Below, one piece after another: positions 20,918 to 30,341 of a DNA stretch of 64,000 nt. How positions within the stretch are numbered: the stretch's first letter is position 1; each line of letters begins with the position of its first letter. This DNA comes from an uncultured delta proteobacterium (GTDB taxonomy: Bacteria > Myxococcota_A > Polyangia > Haliangiales > Haliangiaceae): assembly GCA_963848295.1 (NCBI GenBank), contig CAWKDB010000010.1:992001-1056000 (forward strand). Direction: 5' to 3'. Under the pieces are notes generated by a model. The model worked only from the letters and a program-made list of their open reading frames with translations. It was not told where the DNA came from and did no database searches. The position numbers and the translations under genes were made by a program.

Positions 20918-22957
20918 GTGACGAGGTCCGCGAAGTTTCGTGCGCGCGCGCGTGCCGCAGCCGAGTGGCTCGGCCCGAGCGTGATCGCGGCGTGCGGCGG
21001 CGCGCTGCTCGCGGGTGGTCTCGAAGGGCTCGCGATGAAGACCCCGTTCGGCGCGATCGTCGCGTGTGGGTTCCTCGCGATCATGGCGTTGCCCCTGCTC
21101 GTCGTGACGAGCGCGCTCGGGCGCGCGCTGTGGAGCGCGTGGCGTCCCGCCGAGCTCGCCGCTCACATGATCGAGGATGGCGGCGGCGCGCCGCGACTCG
21201 CGGGCTGGGTGCTCGCGCTCGGCGCTTTGCTCGCCGGGCTCGGGTGGGCGATGTTTCAGGGCACGTGGCTGCTCGCGAGCTGGACCGCGTTCAAGCCGCT
21301 GTCGATGGCCTTCGCCGAACCGTTCCTCGCGGTCACCGTCGTCGTCTTGCTCGTCGTGTTGTCGCGTCCGCTCGCGCGTGGCTTGACCGCGGTCGTCGCC
21401 GGCATCGATCGCCGGTGGCAGCACGAGCACGAATCATCGCTCCTGACCCCGTTCAAGATCGCGACCGGCAGCGCGGCCTTCGCCGGCGTGATCGCGTTCG
21501 CGCTGTGGCACTGGTTCATCCGCACCCGGATCGGCCCACTCGACCTCGGCGTCCTCGCCGCACCGGTCGTCGGCGTGATCGCGACCGCCGCGGTCCATCT
21601 CGTGTGGCATCGCTTCGCCCGCTGGCGCGGACCGATCGCGGCGGTGCTCGGTGGCTGCGCAGGCGCGACGATCGCGTGCGCGGTGTTCGCGCTCGAGGCC
21701 AGGCCTGGTCTCACGCTCGAGATCTGGGGTGACCGGCCGATCGCCGGGCTCGCGATCGATACGCTGTTCGACCTCGATGCGATCCGGGCGGGCATGTCGC
21801 TGGAGGGGTTTCGGCCGGTCGCCCACCCGGGCGCACCTCACCCCGACATCGTGCTCGTCACGATCGACACCGTACGCGCCGATCACACGCCGCCCTACCA
21901 CGGCACCGCCGACATGCCCGTGCTCTCGGAGCTCGCGCAACGCGGCGTCGTGTTCGACTGGGCGTTTTCGCCGAGCAACGTGACTCGGCGATCGATTCCA
22001 TCGATGACGATCGGACTGCAACCGAATCGGGTGCACGGTCGCGTCGTCGGCTGGGCGTTGCGGGTCGACCCGCGCCACGTGATGGTCGCGGAACGGCTCG
22101 CCGCCGGCGGCTACGAGACCGCAGGCTTCATGTGCTGCGAGGGGTTCTGGGGCACGAAGTTCCACACCGGCATGCAGCGCGGACTCGAGCACCTCGAGCT
22201 CGAGACGAACGGCCGCGAGCTCGCCCGGCGAGGCAAGGAATGGATCGAAGCGCGCGACAAGGCCGGAGATCACAAGCCGCTGTTCGTGTGGATGCACTTG
22301 CTCGAGCCGCACAACTGGACACAGTCGACCGGCGAACCCCACAACGACGAGGAGCGGCGGCGCTACTACGATCGCGCACTCGCGGAGGCCGACTCCGCGC
22401 TCGGCGAGCTGATCGGCGCGTTCGCCCAGCGCGATCCAGACCGCGCGCCGATCATCATCGTGACCGCGGATCACGGCGAGGCGCTCGGCGACCATGGCCA
22501 ACCATTTCATTCGACCGACTTGTACGACTCGCAGATCCACATCCCGCTCGTGATCGCGGGCCCCGGGATCAAACCGGGGCGGATCCCCGAGACCGTCAGC
22601 CTCACCGACTTGACCCCGACGCTGCTCGAGCTCGCCGGCTTCGATCCCCCGCGCGGCCGCGACATCGACGGCGGCTCGTTCGCGCCGCTCGCGACCGGAG
22701 CGCGCGCCCCGAGCGCCGAGGGCGGGCTCGCATTCGCAGCGATGATCAAGGATCGCTCCAACCCCGGCGGGATCACCGCGCTGATCCGCGGCCGGTGGAA
22801 GCTGATCAAGAACAGCTCCTCGTACGAACTGTACGACATCCACTCCGATCCCGACGAGCGCGCGAACGTGATCGCGAGCCGGCCGCAACTCGCGAACGAG
22901 CTCAAGGAGCTGTTGCGTAAGCGGATCGATGCCGGCGACGTCTCGCCGTTCGAGTAG
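20918..22957 (+). CDS. Multi-TM protein with C-terminal sulfatase/alkaline-phosphatase-superfamily domain
   Basis: About 7 TM segments, then LVTIDTVRADH, HLLEPH, TADHGE, ELYDIHSDPDE. Confidence 0.88.
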   Translation: MTRSAKFRARARAAAEWLGPSVIAACGGALLAGGLEGLAMKTPFGAIVACGFLAIMALPLLVVTSALGRALWSAWRPAELAAHMIEDGGGAPRLAGWVLALGALLAGLGWAMFQGTWLLASWTAFKPLSMAFAEPFLAVTVVVLLVVLSRPLARGLTAVVAGIDRRWQHEHESSLLTPFKIATGSAAFAGVIAFALWHWFIRTRIGPLDLGVLAAPVVGVIATAAVHLVWHRFARWRGPIAAVLGGCAGATIACAVFALEARPGLTLEIWGDRPIAGLAIDTLFDLDAIRAGMSLEGFRPVAHPGAPHPDIVLVTIDTVRADHTPPYHGTADMPVLSELAQRGVVFDWAFSPSNVTRRSIPSMTIGLQPNRVHGRVVGWALRVDPRHVMVAERLAAGGYETAGFMCCEGFWGTKFHTGMQRGLEHLELETNGRELARRGKEWIEARDKAGDHKPLFVWMHLLEPHNWTQSTGEPHNDEERRRYYDRALAEADSALGELIGAFAQRDPDRAPIIIVTADHGEALGDHGQPFHSTDLYDSQIHIPLVIAGPGIKPGRIPETVSLTDLTPTLLELAGFDPPRGRDIDGGSFAPLATGARAPSAEGGLAFAAMIKDRSNPGGITALIRGRWKLIKNSSSYELYDIHSDPDERANVIASRPQLANELKELLRKRIDAGDVSPFE

Positions 22958-22974
22958 AGTATGATGGACGAGAC

Positions 22975-24681
22975 GTGGGGAACACCGATCGCGCTGGCTC
23001 GACCACCGCGTTGCTTCCGATCGAGAGCATCGGCGACGAGCTCAACCTCCTGATCGCGGGCGATACCGTGTTCTCGACGGAGCGCATTCCCAGCACGGGC
23101 TCGCTCGCGATCGGCCGTGGCGGCGATTCCGACGTGGCGATCGATCACGGGTCGATCTCGCGCAATCACGCCGTGCTGCACCTCGGCGCGCCGATGCGAA
23201 TCGAAGACGTCGGCAGCGCGAACGGCACGTGGATCGGCGACACGCGGCTCGAGCCTAACGTCCCGCACGAGCTCAAGCTCGCCGAACCGATCCGGCTCGG
23301 GGCGATCACGATCATCGTCCAGCGTCGGCCCGAACAAGTCCGCACCCGACGGCTGCGCACGCACGAGTATTTCGAGAGCCGGCTCGAGGACGAGTGTGCT
23401 CGTGCGGCGCGCACGAACGGCAGCTTCGCGGTCATCCACCTCCTGCTCGACACCGCAGACCCGGCGGTCCATGCGCAGGTCGGCGCGACGCTGCGCGACG
23501 GCGACGTCGTCGCGCGCTATGCCCCGCAAGAGCTCGAGCTGTTGATGATCGACACCGCGCCGGGAACGCGCGAGCTCGCACTGCAACGGCTGCACCGAGA
23601 GCTCGCCGCGGCCAAGATTCACGTGCGCAGCGGCGCCGCGTGGTTCCCACAGAACGGTCGTGACCCGAGCGCGCTCGCAGACTTGGCGCGAGAGCGCGCG
23701 CACGGCAGGCTGGTCGGCGACACCGACACGCGCGGCGTCGTCGCAGCCGACGCGCAGATGCAGGCGCTGCACGAGATGGTCAGCCGGGTCGCGCTCACCG
23801 AGATCACGGTGTTGTTGCTCGGCGAGACCGGGGTCGGCAAGGAAATCGTCGCCGAGATGCTGCATCGCCGTTCGCCGCGCGCCAACAAGCCGTTCCTCCG
23901 GCTCAACTGCGCGGCGCTGACCGAGACGTTGCTCGAGAGCGAGCTGTTCGGCCACGAACGCGGCTCGTTCACCGGCGCGGTCGCGACGAAGCTCGGCTTG
24001 TTCGAGGCGGCGGACGGCGGCGTGGTATTTCTCGACGAAGTCGGCGAGCTCAGCCCGTCGACCCAAGCAAAGCTGCTGCGAGTCCTCGACGAACGGATGG
24101 TGCTCCGGGTCGGCGGGATCAAGCCGATCGCGATCGACGTGCGGTTGATCGCGGCGACGAACCGCGACCTCGAGCGCCAAGTCGCACGCGATCAGTTTCG
24201 GCTCGACCTGCTGTACCGGCTCAACGCGATGTCCATCGTCATCCCGCCGTTGCGCGATCGCATCGCCGACATCGCTCCGCTCGCGACGGCCTTCCTGCGT
24301 ACGGCCGCGGACAAGCTGAAGCGCCAGGCGCCGGTCCTGACGCCGGCGGCGCTCGCGGTGCTCGAGGGCTACGGCTGGCCTGGCAACATTCGCGAGCTGC
24401 GCAACGTGATCGAGCGCGCCGTGATCCTGTCGCATGGCGAGGTGATCGACGTCGCCGATCTGCCGGTCGACAAGATGCGCTCGACCTTCATCACGACGTC
24501 GCCGCCGAAGCCGGATGCACGGCCGGCACCCAGCGCGCCCGACCAGCGACAACGCGTGATCGCCGCACTCGAGGAGTCCGCCGGCAATCAGACGCACGCC
24601 GCGCGCCTGCTCGGCGTATCGCGCCGCACGTTGATCACCTGGATCGAGAAGTACGACGTGCCGCGACCGCGCAAGCGCTGA
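22975..24681 (+). CDS. Sigma54-dependent activator: FHA, degenerate GGDEF-like region, AAA+, HTH
   Basis: IGR...SISRNHA...GSANGT (FHA); GETGVGKE; GSFTGA; WPGNIREL; Fis-like HTH. Confidence 0.93.
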   Translation: MGNTDRAGSTTALLPIESIGDELNLLIAGDTVFSTERIPSTGSLAIGRGGDSDVAIDHGSISRNHAVLHLGAPMRIEDVGSANGTWIGDTRLEPNVPHELKLAEPIRLGAITIIVQRRPEQVRTRRLRTHEYFESRLEDECARAARTNGSFAVIHLLLDTADPAVHAQVGATLRDGDVVARYAPQELELLMIDTAPGTRELALQRLHRELAAAKIHVRSGAAWFPQNGRDPSALADLARERAHGRLVGDTDTRGVVAADAQMQALHEMVSRVALTEITVLLLGETGVGKEIVAEMLHRRSPRANKPFLRLNCAALTETLLESELFGHERGSFTGAVATKLGLFEAADGGVVFLDEVGELSPSTQAKLLRVLDERMVLRVGGIKPIAIDVRLIAATNRDLERQVARDQFRLDLLYRLNAMSIVIPPLRDRIADIAPLATAFLRTAADKLKRQAPVLTPAALAVLEGYGWPGNIRELRNVIERAVILSHGEVIDVADLPVDKMRSTFITTSPPKPDARPAPSAPDQRQRVIAALEESAGNQTHAARLLGVSRRTLITWIEKYDVPRPRKR

Positions 24682-24710
24682 CCCGGCACGGTTCACGTAT
24701 ACTGACGGTG

Positions 24711-26048
24711 ATGGCCGCCGCTGATGTCATCGCTCGGCGCTTCGCGCTGATCGAGCGCGTGGCGCAAGGCGGGATGGGCACGGTGTTTCGCGCGACCGAT
24801 CTCGAGACGTCGAAGACGGTCGCGGTCAAGGTGCTCGGGCTCGACCAACCGTTCGACGTCGTGCGGTTCGGCCGCGAGGCCGCGATGATCGCGGCGTTGC
24901 ATCACCCGAACGTCGTCGATTACGTGGCCCACGGCGAGGCCGACGGCGTGCGCTATATCGTGCAGGGCTGGGTCGACGGCATCACGCTCGAGCAGCTGAC
25001 GCGCACGCAAGGAGCGACCGCGCGCGAGGCTATCGCCGTCGGGGCCGCGATCGCGAGCGCGCTGCACGCGATCCATGCCCAGGGCATGATCCACCGCGAC
25101 GTCAAGCCCGCGAACATCATCCTCACCGACGGCGATCCAGCGCGGGCGGTGCTCGTCGACTTCGGCATCGCGCGGCTCGAGCACGAGACCGGCGTCTTGA
25201 CGCGCGCCGGTGCGGTGCTCGGAACGCCGAGCTTCATGTCGCCCGAGCAAGCGCGCGGCTCGATCAAGATCTCGGCGGCGGCCGATGTGTGGGCGCTCGG
25301 CTGCGTGCTCTACGAGATGTTGTCCGGGCGCGTCGCGTTTGCGGGCAAGACGCCGATCGCGATTCGCGCGAAGTTGTTGGTCGCCGAACCCAAGCCACTC
25401 GGGCCGTTGTGTCCCGAGGCGCCGCCGGCATTGCTCACGCTCGTCGGCCAGATGCTGCGCAAGGAGGTCGCACTCCGGCCGCAACACGGCGGCGAGGTCG
25501 TCGACCGCCTCCTGGCTCTGTCGCCGGTGCCGGCCGGGCCGCGTCGAGTCGTCGGCGCCGCCGCCGGCCCGACGCTCGCGCTGCCGGTGCAGACGCGCGA
25601 GCGCACGACCTCTGCCGATGCGAACAGCTACGTGCTGATCTCGACCGCCGAGCCCGGCGCCTTGATCGGCCTCACCGATCGGCTCGTCGAGGTCGCAGCG
25701 ATGCACCAACTCGACTTCGACGTGCTCGAGGACGGCTCCGCGCTGCTGACCGCGCGCCAGCCCGGCAAGGCCGGCGCGATCTCGGCGACCCGCGCCGGCA
25801 TCGCCTTGCGCACGCTCATTCCGGATGGCGCGCTCAGCGTGTTCGGCCGTGCCCATGCCGACGACACGCTCGACTCGGTCGTCGACCGCGGCGCCGAGTT
25901 GCTCGACCAAGCCACCGTCGTCGGCTTGTTCGGCGACGCGGAAGGCGAAGGCATGCTGCTCGTCGACGACGTCGTGGCCGACCTCGTGCGCGAGGAGGTC
26001 GAGCTCGAGCACACGCCGCACGGCAACACAATCAGGCGCCGGAGCTAG
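24711..26048 (+). CDS. Ser/Thr protein kinase with C-terminal degenerate cyclase-like region
   Basis: GGMGTVF, VAVK, HRDVKPAN, DFG, MSPEQ. Confidence 0.92.
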   Translation: MAAADVIARRFALIERVAQGGMGTVFRATDLETSKTVAVKVLGLDQPFDVVRFGREAAMIAALHHPNVVDYVAHGEADGVRYIVQGWVDGITLEQLTRTQGATAREAIAVGAAIASALHAIHAQGMIHRDVKPANIILTDGDPARAVLVDFGIARLEHETGVLTRAGAVLGTPSFMSPEQARGSIKISAAADVWALGCVLYEMLSGRVAFAGKTPIAIRAKLLVAEPKPLGPLCPEAPPALLTLVGQMLRKEVALRPQHGGEVVDRLLALSPVPAGPRRVVGAAAGPTLALPVQTRERTTSADANSYVLISTAEPGALIGLTDRLVEVAAMHQLDFDVLEDGSALLTARQPGKAGAISATRAGIALRTLIPDGALSVFGRAHADDTLDSVVDRGAELLDQATVVGLFGDAEGEGMLLVDDVVADLVREEVELEHTPHGNTIRRRS

Positions 26049-26149
26049 GGCGAGCTGATCGCGACGAACCAGTGGAACGCCAGCTGGATGCTGCCCGGCA
26101 CGTACCCGATCGGGTCGGCGCCGCCGATCGTCGGCGTATCGCCCGGGGG

Positions 26150-28025
26150 CTACGATAGCCGCGCCAGCTCGGTCTGGATCAACAAGTACGCGAGCCGCAG
26201 CAGGTTCAGCCGGGCTTCGGCCGAACGTACCCGCCCCGCGAGCTCGCCGAGCCGGGTCCGTCCGTCGAGCAGGCTGTAGACGCGCAGCAGCGCTTCGCCG
26301 AGCCCGAACTGCGCGAGCTCACCGTCCTGCACCGGCTCGCGCGCGATGAACGAGCGCGTGTTCGCGGCCAGCCACTCTTCGACGAGCGGCTCCGATAGCT
26401 GCGCGGCGCCCGCGCCGATCACGCGGTACGCATCGAGGTGCAGCGCGCGGGACTTGTACGGGTTTGGATGGCGCGGCGTCCAGGAGAACCGGCCCTTCTG
26501 CCAGCTGAACGTCTCGATCAGCTTCGCCGCGACCTGCTTCGCGAGCAGGCGATAGGCTTCGAGCGGATCGAGCAGGTCGAGACCGACGAGCGTGTCCGCG
26601 AGCCGGCCGCCGAAGTGGTGCATCACGGACAGCGCGCGCTGGAGCGCTTGTGGCGTCAGCGCCTCCTGCTCGAGCAGGAAGTTGCCGAGCCGCTCGCTCT
26701 CGAGGTTCGAGCTGACGAACTGCGGTTGACCGTCGGTGAGGTACGCCTCTTTGAGCACGCCTGCGCGGCCTTCGAGCCACAGCATGCCGGTCGACTTCTG
26801 CTTCGCGAGCTTGTAGACGACCTTGAGGATCGGCGACTCGCGGACATCGCCGAGCTCGCGCGGGCCGGAGACATGCTCGACCGGCTCGGGCTCGACGTCG
26901 TCGTGACCGACCGTGATCGTCCCGCTCGAGCCTTCGTTGCTCGTGACCCCGGCGGGAATCGCATCACTCGCGATGAACTCGGCCCGGGCGGTGCGGGCGT
27001 CGGCCTCCGCCTTCGCCATCGTCATCCGGGTCATCGGACCGGACAACGACAGACCCTCCGGGACTTCCTCGGCGACCGCGCCCTCGAGATCGGCGGTCGG
27101 TGCGTTGATCACGCGCCCGACGAGGCTCGCCGAGATCGCGCGAGGTCACGCGCGTCGTCTTGCGCAACCACTCGTCGAGTGCATCGCGAAAGTGCGCCGC
27201 GGTTTGCCAGCGATCTTCGGGTCGGCGTTGCAGGGCGCGTACGGTCAGCACGCGCAGCTCCATCGGGAACTCGGCGGCGTACTTGTTGAGCCGATCGAGC
27301 CGCGCGTCGCGCACCATCAACAAGATGTCGAGATCGTTCGTCGACGTGAACAGCCGGCGTGCCATCACCATCTCGGCGAGCAGGATGCCGACCGCGAACA
27401 GGTCGGAGCGCTCGTCGACCTCGGCGCCCGAGACTTGCTCCGGCGACATGTAGCCATACTTGCCCTTGAGCGTCCCCGCCTCGGTCTTGTGCCGGCGCTC
27501 TGCCGCGCGCGCGATGCCGAAGTCGGTGAGCTTGACGTCGCCGCGCCACGACAGCAGCACGTTGCCCGGCGAAACGTCGCGGTGGACAATGCCGAGCTTG
27601 CGACCGCGCGAGTCGACCGCGTTGTGCGCATAGTCGAGCGCGTCGAGCACGTCTCGTGCGATCAGCGCCGCGAGGTCGGCGGGCAACCGGATCTGGGCGC
27701 GCGCGCACTCGCGAAGCAGCGCGAGCGTATCGACGCCGTCGACGTACTGCATCGCGATGTACGGTGTATCGGCGTCGGTGCCCAGCTCGAACACCTGAAC
27801 GATGTGCCGGTGATCGAGCTGCGCGGTGATCCGCGCTTCATCGATGAACATCTCGACGAACGACTTGTCGGTCGCCAGGTGCGGCAGGATCTTCTTGATC
27901 GCGACCAGCTTCTCGAAGCCCAAGTTGCCGATCAGCTGGGCCTTGAACAGCTCCGCCATGCCACCCACGGCGAGCCGATCGAGGATTTGGTACCTCCCGA
28001 TCTGCTTGGGTGTGGGTGCGGTCAC
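26150..28025 (-). CDS. Ser/Thr kinase fused to a DUF4388/PatA-N-like domain; frameshifted near 27124
   Basis: Kinase motifs GGMAELF, HRDVSPGN, DFG, GKYGYMSPEQ. Removing one G at 27124-27125 joins ...SRDLGELVGRVINAPT... to the 26150..27112 ORF (TGMLWL...RLGNFL). Confidence 0.85.
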
Positions 28026-28163
28026 AGGTACGACATCATACATGCAGCCGCGCGATTGCGGCGCGCTGTCACGTTGACACATCGGGTGTTTCGACGCTCG
28101 CCGCCCTGGCGAAACGAGGCGCACGGCCCGACGAGGCGCCGCGCAGTTGCACGCGAAACCCGG

Positions 28164-28179
28164 TGGCACGCGAGTTGAT
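28164..28179 (+). promoter_or_regulatory. Sigma54 -24/-12 promoter
   Basis: TGGCACG-CGAG-TTGAT: perfect -24 box with a variant -12, ending about 24 nt before the GspC-like start. Confidence 0.6.
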
Positions 28180-28202
28180 AGAGCTGCGTCCCGAGACCGC
28201 CG

Positions 28203-29102
28203 ATGCTAGGACCTGCGCTTCAAAGGATCATCGGTGGTCTCGTTCGTCGGACCTGGCTCGTCGCGCTGATGACGGTCGCGGTGTGCGCGGTATTCACCGC
28301 ACATGCTGTGGCCGCCTTGGTCGAAGCGCGCTACCTGGAACCTACGCTGCGCGGTGCTCCTCCTCGGCCGTCGCAGCAAGCTCCGGTAGCGCGTCCGGCA
28401 CACGCGAAACCAGATGGCAGCGGGCTCGTCGCGCGGAATATCTTCTGCTCGGAGTGCACGGTGTCGTCGGAGCCAGGTCCGGCGGACGCGGCCTATTCAG
28501 GGGCACCGGCCACGCTGATCGCGACCAGCATCGGCATCGACCCGGTGGCGACGGTTCGCGTCCTGGACAGCGGTGTCCAGGGCTCGTGGGGTCTCGGCGA
28601 CGCGATCCCCGGCGTCGGTGCGATCGCCCACATCGGCTTTCGCTCGATCGAAGTGATCGATAGCCACGGCCACCACGGCCGTCTGTCGCTGCTCGACGCG
28701 GCGGCGGCAAGCCCGGCGACCGTCGCGGCGGCAAACGCGACGGCCGCCGATGAGCCGTGGGCCGACAAGATCAAGAAGGTCGACGACTACACGTACGATG
28801 TCGACCGCGATTTGATCCGGGAGCTCGTGTCGGGGTCGGCCAAGACCAGTGGTGCGCGAGCGATGCCGATCATCGATCACGGCGTGGTCAAGGGCGTACG
28901 GTTCGCCGCGATCCGCCCCGGCATGCTCGCGGCCGCGCTCGGGATCAAGAACGGCGACCAGATCGCGACGATCGACGGCGAGCCGATCAAGAGCGCGCAG
29001 CAACTCCTCGATCTCTACGCGAAGCTAGATCAGGTCAACGGGTTCGAGCTCGCGGGCACGCGCGCCGGCAAGCCGCTCGCTCTGAAGTTTCAGCTGCGAT
29101 AG
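28203..29102 (+). CDS. GspC-like protein (TM, HR domain, PDZ)
   Basis: N-terminal TM, RNIFCSEC, ATLIATS, C-terminal PDZ (ALGIKNGDQIATIDG). Confidence 0.8.
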   Translation: MLGPALQRIIGGLVRRTWLVALMTVAVCAVFTAHAVAALVEARYLEPTLRGAPPRPSQQAPVARPAHAKPDGSGLVARNIFCSECTVSSEPGPADAAYSGAPATLIATSIGIDPVATVRVLDSGVQGSWGLGDAIPGVGAIAHIGFRSIEVIDSHGHHGRLSLLDAAAASPATVAAANATAADEPWADKIKKVDDYTYDVDRDLIRELVSGSAKTSGARAMPIIDHGVVKGVRFAAIRPGMLAAALGIKNGDQIATIDGEPIKSAQQLLDLYAKLDQVNGFELAGTRAGKPLALKFQLR

Positions 29103-29173
29103 GCAGCTGCGACGCGCTGTAACGCAATTCCTACCGATCGGTAGAGGCCGGTGAGGTATCGTCACACCGAAAC

Positions 29174-30295
29174 ATGCGCGTGACGGCGTACCTGCTCCTG
29201 ACGTCCCTCGTCGGCGCATGTGGTCGCGTCGACTTCGATCACTTCGCGGACGCGAGCACATCGGGACCGCTCGTGTTCGTGGATCGTACGCCGACTGCGC
29301 CGATGTTGACCGCTCCGCTCGCGATCACGGGCGATTGCGGCAAGTACCTCGTCGGGCTCGGCGCCTACGGGCTCGCCGGCGAGACCTGGCACCCGAGCAC
29401 GGTCACGGTCGGAACGAACGTGTACCTGACGATGCCCTGCAAGTACGCCGACACCGGCGGTTGGGATCTCGGTCTGGCGCGAGTCTCGCTCGGGCTCGCC
29501 GATTACAGCAACGCTGGCGTGTGGCTCGATGGCAACGCGTCGATGTCGGGGGTGAACGAGTTCGTCAACGCGACCGATCTTGACGTCAACGGTACCGCCC
29601 TCGGCTCGCTCGGGTTTCTCGCGCTCGGCACCGACGGCACCGGGCTGTTCGGCATCGGCGGCGCGTTCCCGACATTCGACGTGTTCTCGATGCTGCCGCT
29701 GACGCTCGGACAGCCCGAGGACCTGGCGAGCACTCGCTATGACCTGTCGCGCATCGGCACGTTCGACTTCGCGAACAACGACGGGACCTGGCGCGGAGCC
29801 ACGGCAGCGGATCGCGCGATCCTGTTCACCGACGGCGTCTATAACGTGTTCAACGTCACCTATGACGAGCCGGCCGAGACCTCGACGTTCCTGTCGGTCA
29901 CGACGACCAGCGACGGCGTGACCCCGCAGCTCGCGACCGCGCCGCTCCGCTCCGACATCTCGAATCCGGTGGTCACGATGCAAGGCTCGCAGATCCTGCT
30001 GATCGGGACCGACGACACCGTCGGTCGGTACGTCCTGATCCGCGCAGATTCGATCGCGGAGCTCGCGACCGCACCCTCCGTGCCGCTCGGTCTCGACGTG
30101 TTCCGCGGTCCGCCGGGGAGCTGGAACTACGATCTTTACGCATACACGCCGAGCGGCGAGCCGCGCATCATCGGCGCGGCGGTCGATGGCAACACGCTGC
30201 TGCTGTTCTACTGGGCCGGCACCGGCGAATACACCGCGGCGACTGCGCCGTACACCGCGTCGCGATCGATCGGCGTGCTCGCGGCGACGATCTGA
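29174..30295 (+). CDS. Hypothetical lipoprotein (CGRVDFD-type N-terminus)
   Basis: LVGACGRVDFD lipobox; beta-rich body. Confidence 0.75.
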   Translation: MRVTAYLLLTSLVGACGRVDFDHFADASTSGPLVFVDRTPTAPMLTAPLAITGDCGKYLVGLGAYGLAGETWHPSTVTVGTNVYLTMPCKYADTGGWDLGLARVSLGLADYSNAGVWLDGNASMSGVNEFVNATDLDVNGTALGSLGFLALGTDGTGLFGIGGAFPTFDVFSMLPLTLGQPEDLASTRYDLSRIGTFDFANNDGTWRGATAADRAILFTDGVYNVFNVTYDEPAETSTFLSVTTTSDGVTPQLATAPLRSDISNPVVTMQGSQILLIGTDDTVGRYVLIRADSIAELATAPSVPLGLDVFRGPPGSWNYDLYAYTPSGEPRIIGAAVDGNTLLLFYWAGTGEYTAATAPYTASRSIGVLAATI

Positions 30296-30341
30296 CCGAG
30301 CTCGGACAGGTCGTGGTCATCACCCTCAGATGCGCGCCCGG

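Noticed and set aside
26049..26149. Coding-looking 100-nt spacer between convergent kinases
   Set aside because: No credible start or recognisable motif; cannot be supported as a gene.
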